DNA of 64,000 bases, from the sequence record MH791411.1. One strand, given 5' to 3'. The position numbers and the translations under genes are program-made. The notes under the pieces were generated by a model. The model saw only the letters and a program-made list of their open reading frames with translations. It did not search any database and had not been told where the DNA came from. This document shows, in pieces, positions 11,501 through 20,804 of the stretch. How positions within the stretch are numbered: the first letter of the stretch is position 1; the number at the start of each line of letters is the position of its first letter.

Positions 11501-14500
11501 TTCGTGATACAATCTATGTACCACCATTGCATTCCAGAACTAAATCTTGTACTGATATTGCTCGTATTATTAAAGAACCAGCACAGCTTAACATTCCTTG
11601 GTTTGCACCAATCAATGAAAGCTCGTTCATTCTAAGTAATATGCAATTTGAAGTCAACGATGACACAAGTATTTTAACTGTTTCTTATTACATGGATAAT
11701 ACTGAAGTTATTAAACATGACCAGTATCAATTATGTAAAGAAGGTGATAGCTATAACTTCAATCCATCAATCTGGACTTCTATGTGGAATTCTATGATTG
11801 GTCAAGAAACTACTGAATCAGGAACTGTTATTGATTTACTATATCCTTTAGTACCAAACGGTTTAGGTTCTAATAAGACTTGGTTCCAAGATGTAATTGA
11901 AGCTCGTAGAAACTTTGTAGAAAGTGCAAATAACTATTATCGCTCACAGAATATAACAACTAACACTGTTCTAATGGACGAAGTGTTTAATGTTAAAACT
12001 ACTGAAGTTAACCCGAATGAAGTATCATATCGTGTACTAACTTACAATAGTGAATTAGTCATTGCACCTGAAAGTGACAAGTTCAAAGAAAACGACGCAG
12101 TACTAGTAAGTACTAGTGGTGTATTACCTAACCCACTATCAACTAGCTCTGTATATTTTGTGCATATTGATGCTAATGGTTATATTCATCTAATGAATAG
12201 TCCATCAAGTGCTGGTAGTGTGGTTACCATTACATTGGAAAACCGTGGTGAAGGTCAACAGAAAATGATTAAACAATCAGACTATGTTGAAGCACTAGGA
12301 ACTTCATTGGACATGACCCAGTACTGGTCACTAGCAGATTGGTATGATATTGGCTACGATAAAAATACTGCATATACACAAGAATCCAGCCTAGAAGATG
12401 CAAACACTAAGAACTATCAAGTTGGTGACATTATCAGAATTACAGATGTTGATGGCATCTGGACATTGTACATTAAAGCACAATCACGTGATTCAGTTTA
12501 CTGGAAAGCAATTGGTCGTGAAAATAGTACAGTTGAATTGAATGATATGTTATACGCTGACTATACAGTTCGTGATGCTAATGGTTCGTTGAGTAATCGT
12601 GAGATTAACGTTCGTAAAGCACTAGCTTTATTGAAGAACTCATTCGACTTACATCAGAGTGAAATTGTGTTTGATATGGTTAAGTATGTTCACGTAGAAC
12701 AAAGCGTTGTTGATTGGGTATTCAAAACATCTTACATTTATATTGTAGGTTTAGAACAATCATTAGTACAGAACTATTCCAACGACAACTTGATTAATCA
12801 AATCGTTGAGTACTTTGAAGAAGTTAAACCATATAGAACTAAGATTCGTTCCCAGATTGAACAGAAAACTTCAGATGATGATTTAATTAAAGGTTTGTGT
12901 AATGATTTAGATCCTAATGGCTATATATTTGCAGATGGGACTTGGGTTAAAACGGAAAAAGACATTTGGGATTATGAATATGCTCAATTCAATGAGGTAA
13001 CTCAACGTTGGGAGCAAGTTGGTGAATTGCCAAGTGATTTCGTAACACCTAATCGCCGTTTCCAAGAAATTGATGTTATCATGCACTACGACAACACTCA
13101 ATGTAAACCAAATGATAATTTGGCAAGTGTTGATGTATTGGAAGAAGTGAATAAGAAATATCAATCTAATGCACAAGATGTTGTTAGTAATTTTGAATTA
13201 CAACGTTACAAATATACATTCCCAGAATACAGTGATGAAGATTTCGACCTATTGGTTGCTTATCAGATGCAATTGTATTACCCAGAATTGAACGTAACTC
13301 TAGGGATTGCTTACGGTGTTAACCAATGGTATGCAGACCATGCAGATGATTTGGTAGCAACCGCAGAATTCACAGAAACGTTGAATCGTGTATATAAAGA
13401 ATCAACACAAAATGAAATGTTTAATGACGTAAATCATTATGTTCAGTATAACACACTCTCTAACCGTTTGAAATTGTACACAGGTGCAGATGATGAAGTA
13501 ATTCATGATGAGGTTGGATGTGGATTTAGTGGGTTAACCTATGATGATAATCCAAGCACCAGACTACCGTTTGGTTATGCATCCAGTACTGATTATAACT
13601 TTGGTTACTTTGAAGTTAGTAGTGAGTTGTATAAAAAGTATGTTTCTTTAATTAAAGAAAACAATACTACTGCAACTGATGATGAAGTTAGAATTATACT
13701 TGAAGTTGAATATGGTGTTTATTCATATCGCCATGTAGATGAAGATGGAAATCAACGATTCTACAATGACGCAATTCATGTATTGTCTGGTATGCGTGGT
13801 TTGTATGACAAAGATGCTACCGACCATTATGAAAAGGCTGAAGAAATACTAAGTAGAATGCCTATTGATATTCATGCATTTACTATGATGCCACGAAAAT
13901 ATGTTTATGTTAATGTTAATGGTGTATACGAGAGTATCCCAGATGACCAAAGCATTGATGATTTCATGGAAGACAAATTCATAACTGACGGTCAACTAGT
14001 TCAATTGGCAGAAATAAATCTTGATGACTTACCTCTTGATAGAAATAACCCAATGTACAGTGATTATCAGCACATCCTAGATAGCATCACCGATGCTAAG
14101 TACTACGATGATATGAATGCATTTGATAACCTAGCACTTGAATCACAAACTTCCGAGTTAAAATGGGAAGTTGAAGGTGACGAAGTAGATCCGTACATAA
14201 TCGACATTTCTGATATTAACCCATCAGGAAGAAAGATTGGTCAGATTCGCTTCACAGTTGATGGTTATGGATTCAATAGTGTTTCACTAGTTCAATTGAG
14301 AGACAATAGTAGATATAAAACTGAAGGTATGGTTATCATCAACCCTTATAAAACAACAGAAGCAATTGTTAGTATTCCTTCTTACGCTAAGATTGAAAAT
14401 GATATTAGTAAATCATACAGTAAGTATGATGAAAAATACTTCTATAAAATTAAATCAATTGTTAGTGATACAGAAGCTGAAGTAATTGACAATACCCTAT

Positions 14501-15525
14501 CTGATGGTGATAAGGTTATGATATTCACAACTGATGGTGAAGATTATGTGAGATACCAAAACAATGCATGGGAAACCATCTTGAGTGTATCAAAAATCAA
14601 AACTGACACCACACCAACCTTGTACACAGTAAGAAACACTGCGAACGGAACTGTAGAACTACTAGATAGTACTGGAGTTGTACTTCGTTATGATAACATC
14701 ACTAAACAACAACAGAATGAACCAGCAATACCTCTAGCATTGAACATCGTTCGTATTAGAACCTTTGCTGATCCAGAATTCTTGGTTGATGGTGTTAAGT
14801 TGTATGAAACAAATAGAAACTATGCTATCGACGCAATGAACTATGAAGTATTCTACGACACAACACTATACGGTGGTTCTTATAATGATGGAATTACACC
14901 AGATGACGTTGATGTTTGGGTAGTGTCTAACGAGATATTTGAAGTTGATGGTGTTACCATTGATAACGGATATAACTTACCAATTACTGGTGCAGGTGTT
15001 CTTAGTGAGTTAGTGAGAACCAAAATGACTGATAGTGTGGAAATTAACGTGTTCGAGTATGATGTTGGTATTATTCAACCAGTACTGAATACTGAAGGGG
15101 TATGGGAATATGCATATCCACTAGTTAGTGATACATATATTGGTGTAGTTGGTGGAACCGTAACTAACATTACTGCTATCAGTGAAGAAAATACTACTTA
15201 TGTTTCACAACCAGATTCAGTTAGTCCATATAGTGTTACTAATAATGTTCTATCTGGTGCTGGTGCAAGTATGAATGATATTATTTCTCTTGGTTTTGAA
15301 AAAGTTGAAGTACGTTTTGCAAATAACTTACTCCGTGGGGTAATGTATAGTGCAGAACACGACTTTAAAGAGAATGTGACATATTCATTTAATGGCTTGA
15401 ACTTAGGTAAAGTTAATTTACTAAAACGTTATAGTGTTAACAGTTATCCAATCGAACTATCTGTTTACTCCGATAGTTTGCAAATAAGTGGTACTGACAT
15501 TAAAAATCTATTAGAAGTTAAATAA
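5554..15525 (+). CDS. Giant virion/baseplate structural protein (~3320 aa)
   Basis: Uninterrupted 10-kb ORF after the gp6-like gene, in the position of T4 gp7; acidic and Tyr/Trp/Asn-rich. Start moved to ATG 5554 because of the GGAG RBS. Confidence 0.7.
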   Translation: MTNNFKFQPTQMAEAVQKKLFIKRLPEWMQGLEDIQKVSDDVIQQWFNPAENELVDGYIGDMGSPAAAGNIFLHESTVARQLYQLSTAYVSRNDDSSIRSIQFYDDLVGYMNHYGALTENESRLFNGKFYSWTPPINPNKMNNYSSYLWDSKNSYNITTPDYIVMERGAENGNTWSLQNFWYTLGETLEDGTILTEELMQDSRFVRARAPIIEYNKNIELMNYGTKFRGTVDLFSDIIKPEDIVQKDINSGIRIDGIIPQDGMRILFTSIGNNGENNRIYKVYVKRMQDGTRVYGLALDPDEESESRPSGEPQDGDVVLIIKGNEFGNSSMYWDGSHWIQAQSKTSVNVFPQFQLYDRNGVKLNNTTTYPSSTFTGSSLFGFKINYNYATDSVYGYNIELGDYNYYTYENFLQSTRYTYEHLGVEVEIDGLYYYNVIGEGNTMNLETDWVRSTEYSKQYVKQTPQVERTVMFRVFSTVYDMESFKDPVEGMYAYVIEVDRTYQYYKAERETYLDWHVIVGDGVQSVKYNHTFELAQKVLDNSDDIIELVVDGVEIKEYTKTVVNNQVQSITIDSSVDLDEDSVVQIRTYSSTITPNKELGAYEVPINLQNNPYNSNIEYINQGDYTLHFQDIIQKNITSGSADDFNNYEERLAAGLVNNGVGTKIIQNEASMLPLMAHTANEDIDLFESIMFMQAEYFRFINKFNTQMLRLYEEDPSAFLGNSASNIVDAILTAINMGRDSTFPFYYDNVASTAGFIRAFVPPTPQFLGILQAYTPQKATFLTAGSKSSCYNISHTGIISKAYRVINGVDKMDDVVFELENRIFNSIDLTFKDIDYKPVLNSEDLFPTPYFTGTDYSAEEKKTLLLRGYINFTATNGISNSTHDYDANNWRTWNYTGSYYVVDGQRTEIPARGSWRAIYTDQYGTYRPATHPWEMMGFSQRPTWWNQEYEPTAVQVGEREGDVVYVYEALVMNENGDLVPSGLWDIDGTIGDSSTGTILSGERRGQYDKYKRFGVQPFKITKTGEKTSTGIDICEVEYIAPEVLGLVSGNLDHRAEPWSYGDMGDMEFTYMNTAMFAYDQMLLLYKAKPAQFANYYWDTRNDNLKPVYTDGSQFLYGETRKRLNFDSTTLVHGEKNTRTIGYQMFVSDYLMYQNKNITTKYGDVVRSSYVNVAHKIGGFTKADQLTFTAKSFGLISQENQTIGLVRSNNIRDEQMSAVKITWNGSAYQIDGYDLVGAKFKYKIPVKNGRKVTLKLEDRTVVHYNEWKSEGTLEYGKIFNTYQEVYTFICGYGEYLKEHGWIFEDVNDSGTQQDWTTIAKDFVIWSQNNLSTGEFISCTPSAANAKFGADFGSVQSVTQNSGGVWSLLDDENQGIRQYEIETSRIGNVFTVRTTSESQKRMALIRLSLSSYEHAVVFDDKTIFGDYIYQPTYGAIQELIKMYGYITGSWTGRLQAPGFIILEAGTLPSFEKLVTDFELYYNSETPVSDVQLQELSNHLIGYQTRDYLQRMISSDVSRVDFYKGFIHDKGTNQVMEKVLRVSKSYDTDEYKALQEWAFKIGTYGNINGKKNLQFKLINDQFKQQPQMVSFDVNATSNGTGNGIVYYGEQGVDSRWITRPNGKFSFPMRSGRSENIQLPDIGPVTLDEISYVTKDFSTAYNDRINYMNNSGEIPDSVWMFKDGNDLWNIFELVDTEVEMLSIVPIENTDVYAEQFCKVTLSDDIPLNDGDYYYFVDETNFMPDTLTIESQYYTAGNDPRVMVVPFDTSITIDFTDPDTRPRLYRYVSRFSTEEMRQEYIDRKYSFKAPQSTLFDRPTTYDERTNITALYLNVFDPINGVIPGAAMQNVTYTSPVDPAQYNSNGELIQAWGADKVGQVWWNTSTAFYLDYTRAIYDADGNVDVDATNEYKRYNWGRLLPHSTVDVLEWVCSPVEPYNWDKYCKDVANKNKNNTMYLPSGTALEDNYSTFLEYDSTTDTYVTKYYFWVRDTIYVPPLHSRTKSCTDIARIIKEPAQLNIPWFAPINESSFILSNMQFEVNDDTSILTVSYYMDNTEVIKHDQYQLCKEGDSYNFNPSIWTSMWNSMIGQETTESGTVIDLLYPLVPNGLGSNKTWFQDVIEARRNFVESANNYYRSQNITTNTVLMDEVFNVKTTEVNPNEVSYRVLTYNSELVIAPESDKFKENDAVLVSTSGVLPNPLSTSSVYFVHIDANGYIHLMNSPSSAGSVVTITLENRGEGQQKMIKQSDYVEALGTSLDMTQYWSLADWYDIGYDKNTAYTQESSLEDANTKNYQVGDIIRITDVDGIWTLYIKAQSRDSVYWKAIGRENSTVELNDMLYADYTVRDANGSLSNREINVRKALALLKNSFDLHQSEIVFDMVKYVHVEQSVVDWVFKTSYIYIVGLEQSLVQNYSNDNLINQIVEYFEEVKPYRTKIRSQIEQKTSDDDLIKGLCNDLDPNGYIFADGTWVKTEKDIWDYEYAQFNEVTQRWEQVGELPSDFVTPNRRFQEIDVIMHYDNTQCKPNDNLASVDVLEEVNKKYQSNAQDVVSNFELQRYKYTFPEYSDEDFDLLVAYQMQLYYPELNVTLGIAYGVNQWYADHADDLVATAEFTETLNRVYKESTQNEMFNDVNHYVQYNTLSNRLKLYTGADDEVIHDEVGCGFSGLTYDDNPSTRLPFGYASSTDYNFGYFEVSSELYKKYVSLIKENNTTATDDEVRIILEVEYGVYSYRHVDEDGNQRFYNDAIHVLSGMRGLYDKDATDHYEKAEEILSRMPIDIHAFTMMPRKYVYVNVNGVYESIPDDQSIDDFMEDKFITDGQLVQLAEINLDDLPLDRNNPMYSDYQHILDSITDAKYYDDMNAFDNLALESQTSELKWEVEGDEVDPYIIDISDINPSGRKIGQIRFTVDGYGFNSVSLVQLRDNSRYKTEGMVIINPYKTTEAIVSIPSYAKIENDISKSYSKYDEKYFYKIKSIVSDTEAEVIDNTLSDGDKVMIFTTDGEDYVRYQNNAWETILSVSKIKTDTTPTLYTVRNTANGTVELLDSTGVVLRYDNITKQQQNEPAIPLALNIVRIRTFADPEFLVDGVKLYETNRNYAIDAMNYEVFYDTTLYGGSYNDGITPDDVDVWVVSNEIFEVDGVTIDNGYNLPITGAGVLSELVRTKMTDSVEINVFEYDVGIIQPVLNTEGVWEYAYPLVSDTYIGVVGGTVTNITAISEENTTYVSQPDSVSPYSVTNNVLSGAGASMNDIISLGFEKVEVRFANNLLRGVMYSAEHDFKENVTYSFNGLNLGKVNLLKRYSVNSYPIELSVYSDSLQISGTDIKNLLEVK

Positions 15526-15526
15526 C

Positions 15527-15558
15527 AAAAAGGAGAGCAAATGCTCTCCTTTTCTTTT
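15527..15558. terminator. Bidirectional terminator between convergent genes
   Basis: AAAAAGGAGAGCA...TGCTCTCCTTTT with A- and T-tracts on both sides. Confidence 0.85.
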
Positions 15559-17847
15559 TTACGCAATAACTTTTTCTACTGCTTTAGTGCGTTTAGGTTT
15601 GATAGCCAATTTACCATCAATCACATCAAACGTCACGTTACCACCATTAACTAGAGAACCACACAACATCTCTTTAGCTAGTGGAACACGGATGTTTTGC
15701 TCAATAGTGCGTTTCATTGGACGTGCACCCATCCCAACTTTAACACCATTTGTTGCCAACCACTCACGTGCCGCTTTAGTCAGGGAAACTTTAACTTTGC
15801 GGTCTTTGATTTGTTCATTCAGACTACCCATGAACTTATCAATGATGCTGTCAATCGCTTCGCTGCTTAGGTCTTTGAATGTCACAATACTATCGATACG
15901 GTTGATGAATTCAGGTGGCAAGAATGCTTTAATAGCTTTATCTTGTGCTGTATCACTACCGCTCATCCCAATACTACGCTTGGTTGAATCTGCTGCACCA
16001 AGGTTAGTCGTCATAATAACAGTTACGTTATTGAAGTAAACAGTTTTACCTTGTGAACCAGTCAAACGTCCTTCGTCCAGAACCTGTAGGAAGGTTAGTA
16101 GTACTTTACGATCAGCTTTTTCGATTTCATCAAGCAACAGTACTGCATTCGGGAACTGCTCAATCTTGTCGAGTAGCAGACCGTTACCAGAATCGTGACC
16201 AACATAGCCTGGAGGTGAACCAATCAGTTTAGCAACAGTATGTTCCTGTGAAAACTCGGACATATCGAAACGAATCAGTTCGGAACCAGTTGCATCAGCC
16301 AGTGCTTTGGTAATTTCAGTTTTACCAGTACCAGATGGACCAACAAACATGAATGCACCTTGAACACTTGATTTATCACGCAGACCAGCACGAGCTACCA
16401 TCACGTTATCAACCAGTTTCTGTACTGCTTCTTCTTGACCGTATACACGAGAACGGAGTGCATCTGGTAGATTACGCATACGTTCACTTTCAGTGCAAGC
16501 AACCACGTTAATATCTAGGTTTGCGATACCTGCAACAACTTCTTGAATCAGTGCAACAGTGATGATGTTATCATCAGTTTCACGAGAACGTACTTTCGCT
16601 GCTGCCGCATCCATTAGGTCGATTGCTTTGTCAGGGAAGTGTTTGTTCTTCAGGAACTTATCACTTAGTGTAATAACTGCATCCATTGCTTCAGTACTGA
16701 ACTCTACGTTATGGAAAGTTTCATAAGTAGATTTCAAACCATTCACAATCGCACGGGTTTCATCAATTGTTGGCTCAACTACATCAATTTTCATGAAACG
16801 GCGAGTTAGTGCACTATCTTTTTCGATGTTTTTACGATATTCATCGTAAGTTGTTGCACCGATTACACGAATCTCACCACGAGATAGTGCAGGTTTGAGC
16901 ATGTTGCTCATATCCATAGAACCGTTGCTTGCTGACCCAGCACCAACCATAATATGGATTTCATCGATGAACACAATAGTGTTTTCACGTTTCTTCAGTT
17001 CTTTTAGTAGGTTATCGATACGTTCTTCGAACTCACCACGGTACTTAGTACCAGCAGTCAGTGCACCTACGTTCAGAGACAGAATTTCAACATCTTTAAG
17101 ATGCTCTGGTACTTCACCATCAGCGATTGCCTGTGCTAGACCATCAATGATTTGAGTTTTACCAACACCAGCTTCACCAGTCAGGATGGCATTCTTCTTA
17201 GTCTTACGGGCCAGAGTTTCAATCAGTGCAGAAAGCTCTTTCTGGCGACCAATCATTGGGTCAAGTTTACCTTCTTTTGCAAGTGCGGTTAGGTTAGTGG
17301 TGTAATCTTCTAAACCTTTTTGTTTGGACGATGGTTGCTGTTGTGCCACTTTTTTCTCCCCAGTTGGCTCATCACTAATGCTTTGAAGGTTGATTCCGTT
17401 GTCGATTGCTTCTACGTGCTTCTGTAGAGTTCGTGCTGCTTCAGTACAAGTGATACCCTCTTCACGCAATGCTGCTTCTAGTGCAGTATTTGGGAAGGAC
17501 AAACACTCAAACAGTACAAAATAAGCATCAATTGAGAAATCATCACGTTTAAGTTGCTCAATTACTGATTTCTTAGAAAGTTCCTGAACTACACGGTTCA
17601 CGAGAAGTGATGTGCGGTTCGCTTCATCACCATCAGCACTTTTAGGTGCATGTGGGAATGTTGTATTCTTCAGATATGCAATCAAACGACCGTGTAGGTT
17701 GTCTGCATCGATGTTCATATCTTCAAATACTGCTTTGATGCTATCGATTGTCAGTACTGTAGCACTTAGATGGTCAATAGTCAAGAATGTATGACCCAGA
17801 GAAGTTGCCAGTTCGTCGCTTTTTTTGAATAATTGGGTAAGATTCAT
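15559..17847 (-). CDS. clpA: ClpA-like Hsp100 AAA+ ATPase
   Basis: Two NBDs (GEAGVGKT/IVFIDEIH; GPSGTGKT/LLLDEIEKA), RFDMSEF, KLIGSPPGYVG and GMGARP motifs. No ClpB M-domain; an IGM loop is present. Start set at MNLTQ (AGGAG RBS). Confidence 0.9.
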   Translation of the reverse strand: MNLTQLFKKSDELATSLGHTFLTIDHLSATVLTIDSIKAVFEDMNIDADNLHGRLIAYLKNTTFPHAPKSADGDEANRTSLLVNRVVQELSKKSVIEQLKRDDFSIDAYFVLFECLSFPNTALEAALREEGITCTEAARTLQKHVEAIDNGINLQSISDEPTGEKKVAQQQPSSKQKGLEDYTTNLTALAKEGKLDPMIGRQKELSALIETLARKTKKNAILTGEAGVGKTQIIDGLAQAIADGEVPEHLKDVEILSLNVGALTAGTKYRGEFEERIDNLLKELKKRENTIVFIDEIHIMVGAGSASNGSMDMSNMLKPALSRGEIRVIGATTYDEYRKNIEKDSALTRRFMKIDVVEPTIDETRAIVNGLKSTYETFHNVEFSTEAMDAVITLSDKFLKNKHFPDKAIDLMDAAAAKVRSRETDDNIITVALIQEVVAGIANLDINVVACTESERMRNLPDALRSRVYGQEEAVQKLVDNVMVARAGLRDKSSVQGAFMFVGPSGTGKTEITKALADATGSELIRFDMSEFSQEHTVAKLIGSPPGYVGHDSGNGLLLDKIEQFPNAVLLLDEIEKADRKVLLTFLQVLDEGRLTGSQGKTVYFNNVTVIMTTNLGAADSTKRSIGMSGSDTAQDKAIKAFLPPEFINRIDSIVTFKDLSSEAIDSIIDKFMGSLNEQIKDRKVKVSLTKAAREWLATNGVKVGMGARPMKRTIEQNIRVPLAKEMLCGSLVNGGNVTFDVIDGKLAIKPKRTKAVEKVIA

Positions 17848-17885
17848 GTATTCTCCTAAATGAGTAGTCACTCTAATTAATAAAC

Positions 17886-17913
17886 ATTATATCACATTCT
17901 TTGCGTTTGTCAA
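17886..17913 (-). promoter_or_regulatory. Sigma70-type early promoter of clpA
   Basis: TTGACA-N16-TATAAT with TG extended -10 on the minus strand. Confidence 0.75.
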
Positions 17914-17918
17914 CAAGG

Positions 17919-17924
17919 TAAATA
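17919..17924 (+). promoter_or_regulatory. Late promoter core TAAATA, divergent from the clpA promoter
   Basis: GTAAATAA upstream of the neck gene RBS. Confidence 0.55.
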
Positions 17925-17955
17925 AAGATATACCCGATTTATTTTGGAGACAAAC

Positions 17956-19452
17956 ATGGCATATAGAATGTGGAAAAAAGGTAGAACCAATGATTACAAG
18001 TTCATTGACTCTGCCATAGCAGAACAATACAACATCGGTGGTGTTGACATGTGGCTTTATGCCTATGTCGGACCAAAACAAGTCGCTGATAACACTGATT
18101 TATCATACGGCGGTGATTATTATGGATCAGATAGTACCGTTGTGTCAAGCATTGGTGATTTAATTTTTGGTGACACTCCAAGTCGTAACTATAATCTCGA
18201 AGCTATCACCTTAAGTTGCGTCTACCAAGTCCAAGAAGCAACTCCTGACTTGAAAATCCCAGGATTGTTCTTCAACTTTAACACTATGGACATCACAATT
18301 CATTATAACACAATGATTCAGCGTTTGGGAAGAAAAATTATGCCAGGTGACGTAATCGAACTTCCTAACTTACGTGATTTTGATGTACTTGGTAAAGATT
18401 CTGGTTTAAACCGCTTCTATGTAGTACAAGATGGGTTTAGAACGTCAGAAGGTTACTCAGTTACATGGCAACATCACATTTACAAACTCCGTGTTAAACC
18501 TCTTACTGATTCACCAGAGTACTCTGACCTTCTAGGTAACAATAACTACCCTGATGACCCAGATGATCCAAACAACGGCAATGGTAATACTGATGATGGC
18601 TCTTCAGAGAACAGCAGCTATGGTAATGAAATGGATATTATGAACCGTATCATTATGCAAGCTGATGATGAAGTACCATACATTCATTTTACTAACGAAC
18701 ACTTGTTCGATGACAGACCAGATACTGTTGATTTGTCTAAGTATATGCTAAATGGATACGAATTACCAGAGGAACCAGCAAATAAAATGTATTTCCTCAA
18801 GAAAACTTACCCAGTACTGAAAGAACTATCTAATGATACATGGATTTCTGTAGAAGTCAAGCGTGGAACAATCTTTCCTCGCAAACCGATGGATGGTGAC
18901 TTCTTCTTTAAAGAAAACGAGGCTGATGTCACTGGCTTCTCATTGTATCAATACGATAAATCTGCCAAAAAGTGGCTAAATTGTGATGTTGAGTATACTA
19001 CAGAAAGCACACCACCACAAGGGGTTGATGATTTTTATATTGAATACAAAGAACCACACATTTATCAGTACTTAAATGGTAAATGGGGAGAACCAGAAGT
19101 AACTTACGTTAATGACCCATTCACTTCTAATAGTGTTTATGGAAATATCGATTCACAACAAGATTATCGTCCTAAGATTCCTCCAGCACGAGGTACAGTT
19201 CCTGAAGGTAATATGTTCCCAAGTGATGCAGTTGATGGTGATTACTACTATCGTACCGATTATACACCAGTAACCCTATGGGAATACAGTGCGTCCAAGA
19301 ATTCTTGGGTGATTTTCGATTACGGTGGTAGAAAACCGTGGGAAGGTGCAGATCTTGCTCTAACAGAATTTGTTAATAGCCCGAACCGTGTACCATTACA
19401 TGATGCAGTTAAACCTAATACAGCGTATCGTATACATAAGGATTCAGAATGA
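17956..19452 (+). CDS. Neck protein, T4 gp14-like, with C-terminal extension
   Basis: N-terminal EQYNIGGVDMWLY...GRKIMPGDVIELP...WQHHIYKL pattern; adjacent to the gp15-like gene; GGAG RBS before ATG 17956. Confidence 0.65.
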   Translation: MAYRMWKKGRTNDYKFIDSAIAEQYNIGGVDMWLYAYVGPKQVADNTDLSYGGDYYGSDSTVVSSIGDLIFGDTPSRNYNLEAITLSCVYQVQEATPDLKIPGLFFNFNTMDITIHYNTMIQRLGRKIMPGDVIELPNLRDFDVLGKDSGLNRFYVVQDGFRTSEGYSVTWQHHIYKLRVKPLTDSPEYSDLLGNNNYPDDPDDPNNGNGNTDDGSSENSSYGNEMDIMNRIIMQADDEVPYIHFTNEHLFDDRPDTVDLSKYMLNGYELPEEPANKMYFLKKTYPVLKELSNDTWISVEVKRGTIFPRKPMDGDFFFKENEADVTGFSLYQYDKSAKKWLNCDVEYTTESTPPQGVDDFYIEYKEPHIYQYLNGKWGEPEVTYVNDPFTSNSVYGNIDSQQDYRPKIPPARGTVPEGNMFPSDAVDGDYYYRTDYTPVTLWEYSASKNSWVIFDYGGRKPWEGADLALTEFVNSPNRVPLHDAVKPNTAYRIHKDSE

Positions 19453-20792
19453 AAATAGATTATTATTATGATGGTCAATTTCGTCGAGTACTGAAACATC
19501 TTATCAGAGTGTTTGGTGAATTTCAAGTACAAAATGGTGTTGATGCTGACGGAAAACCAAAATATAAGAAAGTTCCTTGCCGCTATGCAGATATTTCACG
19601 TATGGCAGCAGCAATTATTAATGGTAACAGTGAGAACGTGCTTCCAACAGCACCAATCATGACCATTAGTGTAAACCAACTTAAACTAGATCGCAAGTCA
19701 GTTCGTTCAAACGCAAATGAAACATTAGTTATGGGGACTAACAAGTCCCCTGGAATTAACGAATATACTAAAGACTTAGATAAACAGTATAAAGTAACTC
19801 GTCATAACCCAGTACCTTGGACATTTACGTTTGATGTTAATATTTGGGTTACACAAACACAAACTAAAATGGAACTATTTGAGCAAATTTCAACATTGTT
19901 TGCTCCTAGTATTCAATTACAACTCTCCGAGAACCCACTGGATTGGACATCATTGAGTGATGTGGAGTTGATTGACTGTCAATTTACTACTCGTGGTTTC
20001 CCACAAGGAACCGATAGTGATTTGGATATAATGGTATTGACATTTGAAACCACAATTTGGTTCTCTTTGCCAGCTATTGTTGAGAAACCAAAACTTATCC
20101 AACAAATCACCACCAATATTAAAGGTGCTCGTGATGAACTTGATTTTGAAATTGGTAATTACTCGGATATCATTACTGATGTATTCACACCAAAGAACTT
20201 ATGTATTAAAGTTGATGAAATAACAAACTCTGAACTTAATATTCCAGATACTTACCAACTCACTCTTGTTAGTCAATCACTATCAGAAACATCACCAAAT
20301 GGTGGGATTTATTCATGGGAAAAATACCTTAAGTACTTGGACCCAGAATATGAAGACAAGACTGTAGGTATTAAATTCCAACAAGCTATAGAAGAGGATA
20401 ACCCACTAAAAGGACATATCTCTTCATTTGGGGAAGGGGCTGATTCTAACAAGATTGTAGTTCAGCTTGATAATAGTAATTATACTGTTGATTATACAAT
20501 ACATGGATTCATTAGTAAAGACTCTTTGTTATATAACGCACTACCTGAACAATATTATGTAAATAATAGCATACATAACATCATTTACAAAGAGACTGAA
20601 ATCCCAGCGAACTATTTGTTTAAAATTACCAATGATGGAGCAGAACTTATTGAGCCATCGCGAGTACACAACTATGTTTATAATATGGAAGATAGTGGAT
20701 ATTATAGATATAATGACAAATTCAAATGGCATAAGAGTATTATGTCAGTATATCGTCAGGGATATTGGAAAATAACTTTCACTGACAAATAA
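19449..20792 (+). CDS. Tail sheath stabiliser/terminator, T4 gp15-like
   Basis: YYYDGQFRRVLKHLIRVFGEFQV, KKVPCRYAD, PVPWTFTFDVNIW and EQISTLFAP motifs; ATGA overlap with the upstream gene. Confidence 0.75.
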   Translation: MKIDYYYDGQFRRVLKHLIRVFGEFQVQNGVDADGKPKYKKVPCRYADISRMAAAIINGNSENVLPTAPIMTISVNQLKLDRKSVRSNANETLVMGTNKSPGINEYTKDLDKQYKVTRHNPVPWTFTFDVNIWVTQTQTKMELFEQISTLFAPSIQLQLSENPLDWTSLSDVELIDCQFTTRGFPQGTDSDLDIMVLTFETTIWFSLPAIVEKPKLIQQITTNIKGARDELDFEIGNYSDIITDVFTPKNLCIKVDEITNSELNIPDTYQLTLVSQSLSETSPNGGIYSWEKYLKYLDPEYEDKTVGIKFQQAIEEDNPLKGHISSFGEGADSNKIVVQLDNSNYTVDYTIHGFISKDSLLYNALPEQYYVNNSIHNIIYKETEIPANYLFKITNDGAELIEPSRVHNYVYNMEDSGYYRYNDKFKWHKSIMSVYRQGYWKITFTDK

Positions 20793-20804
20793 GGAGGTGT
20801 TGTT

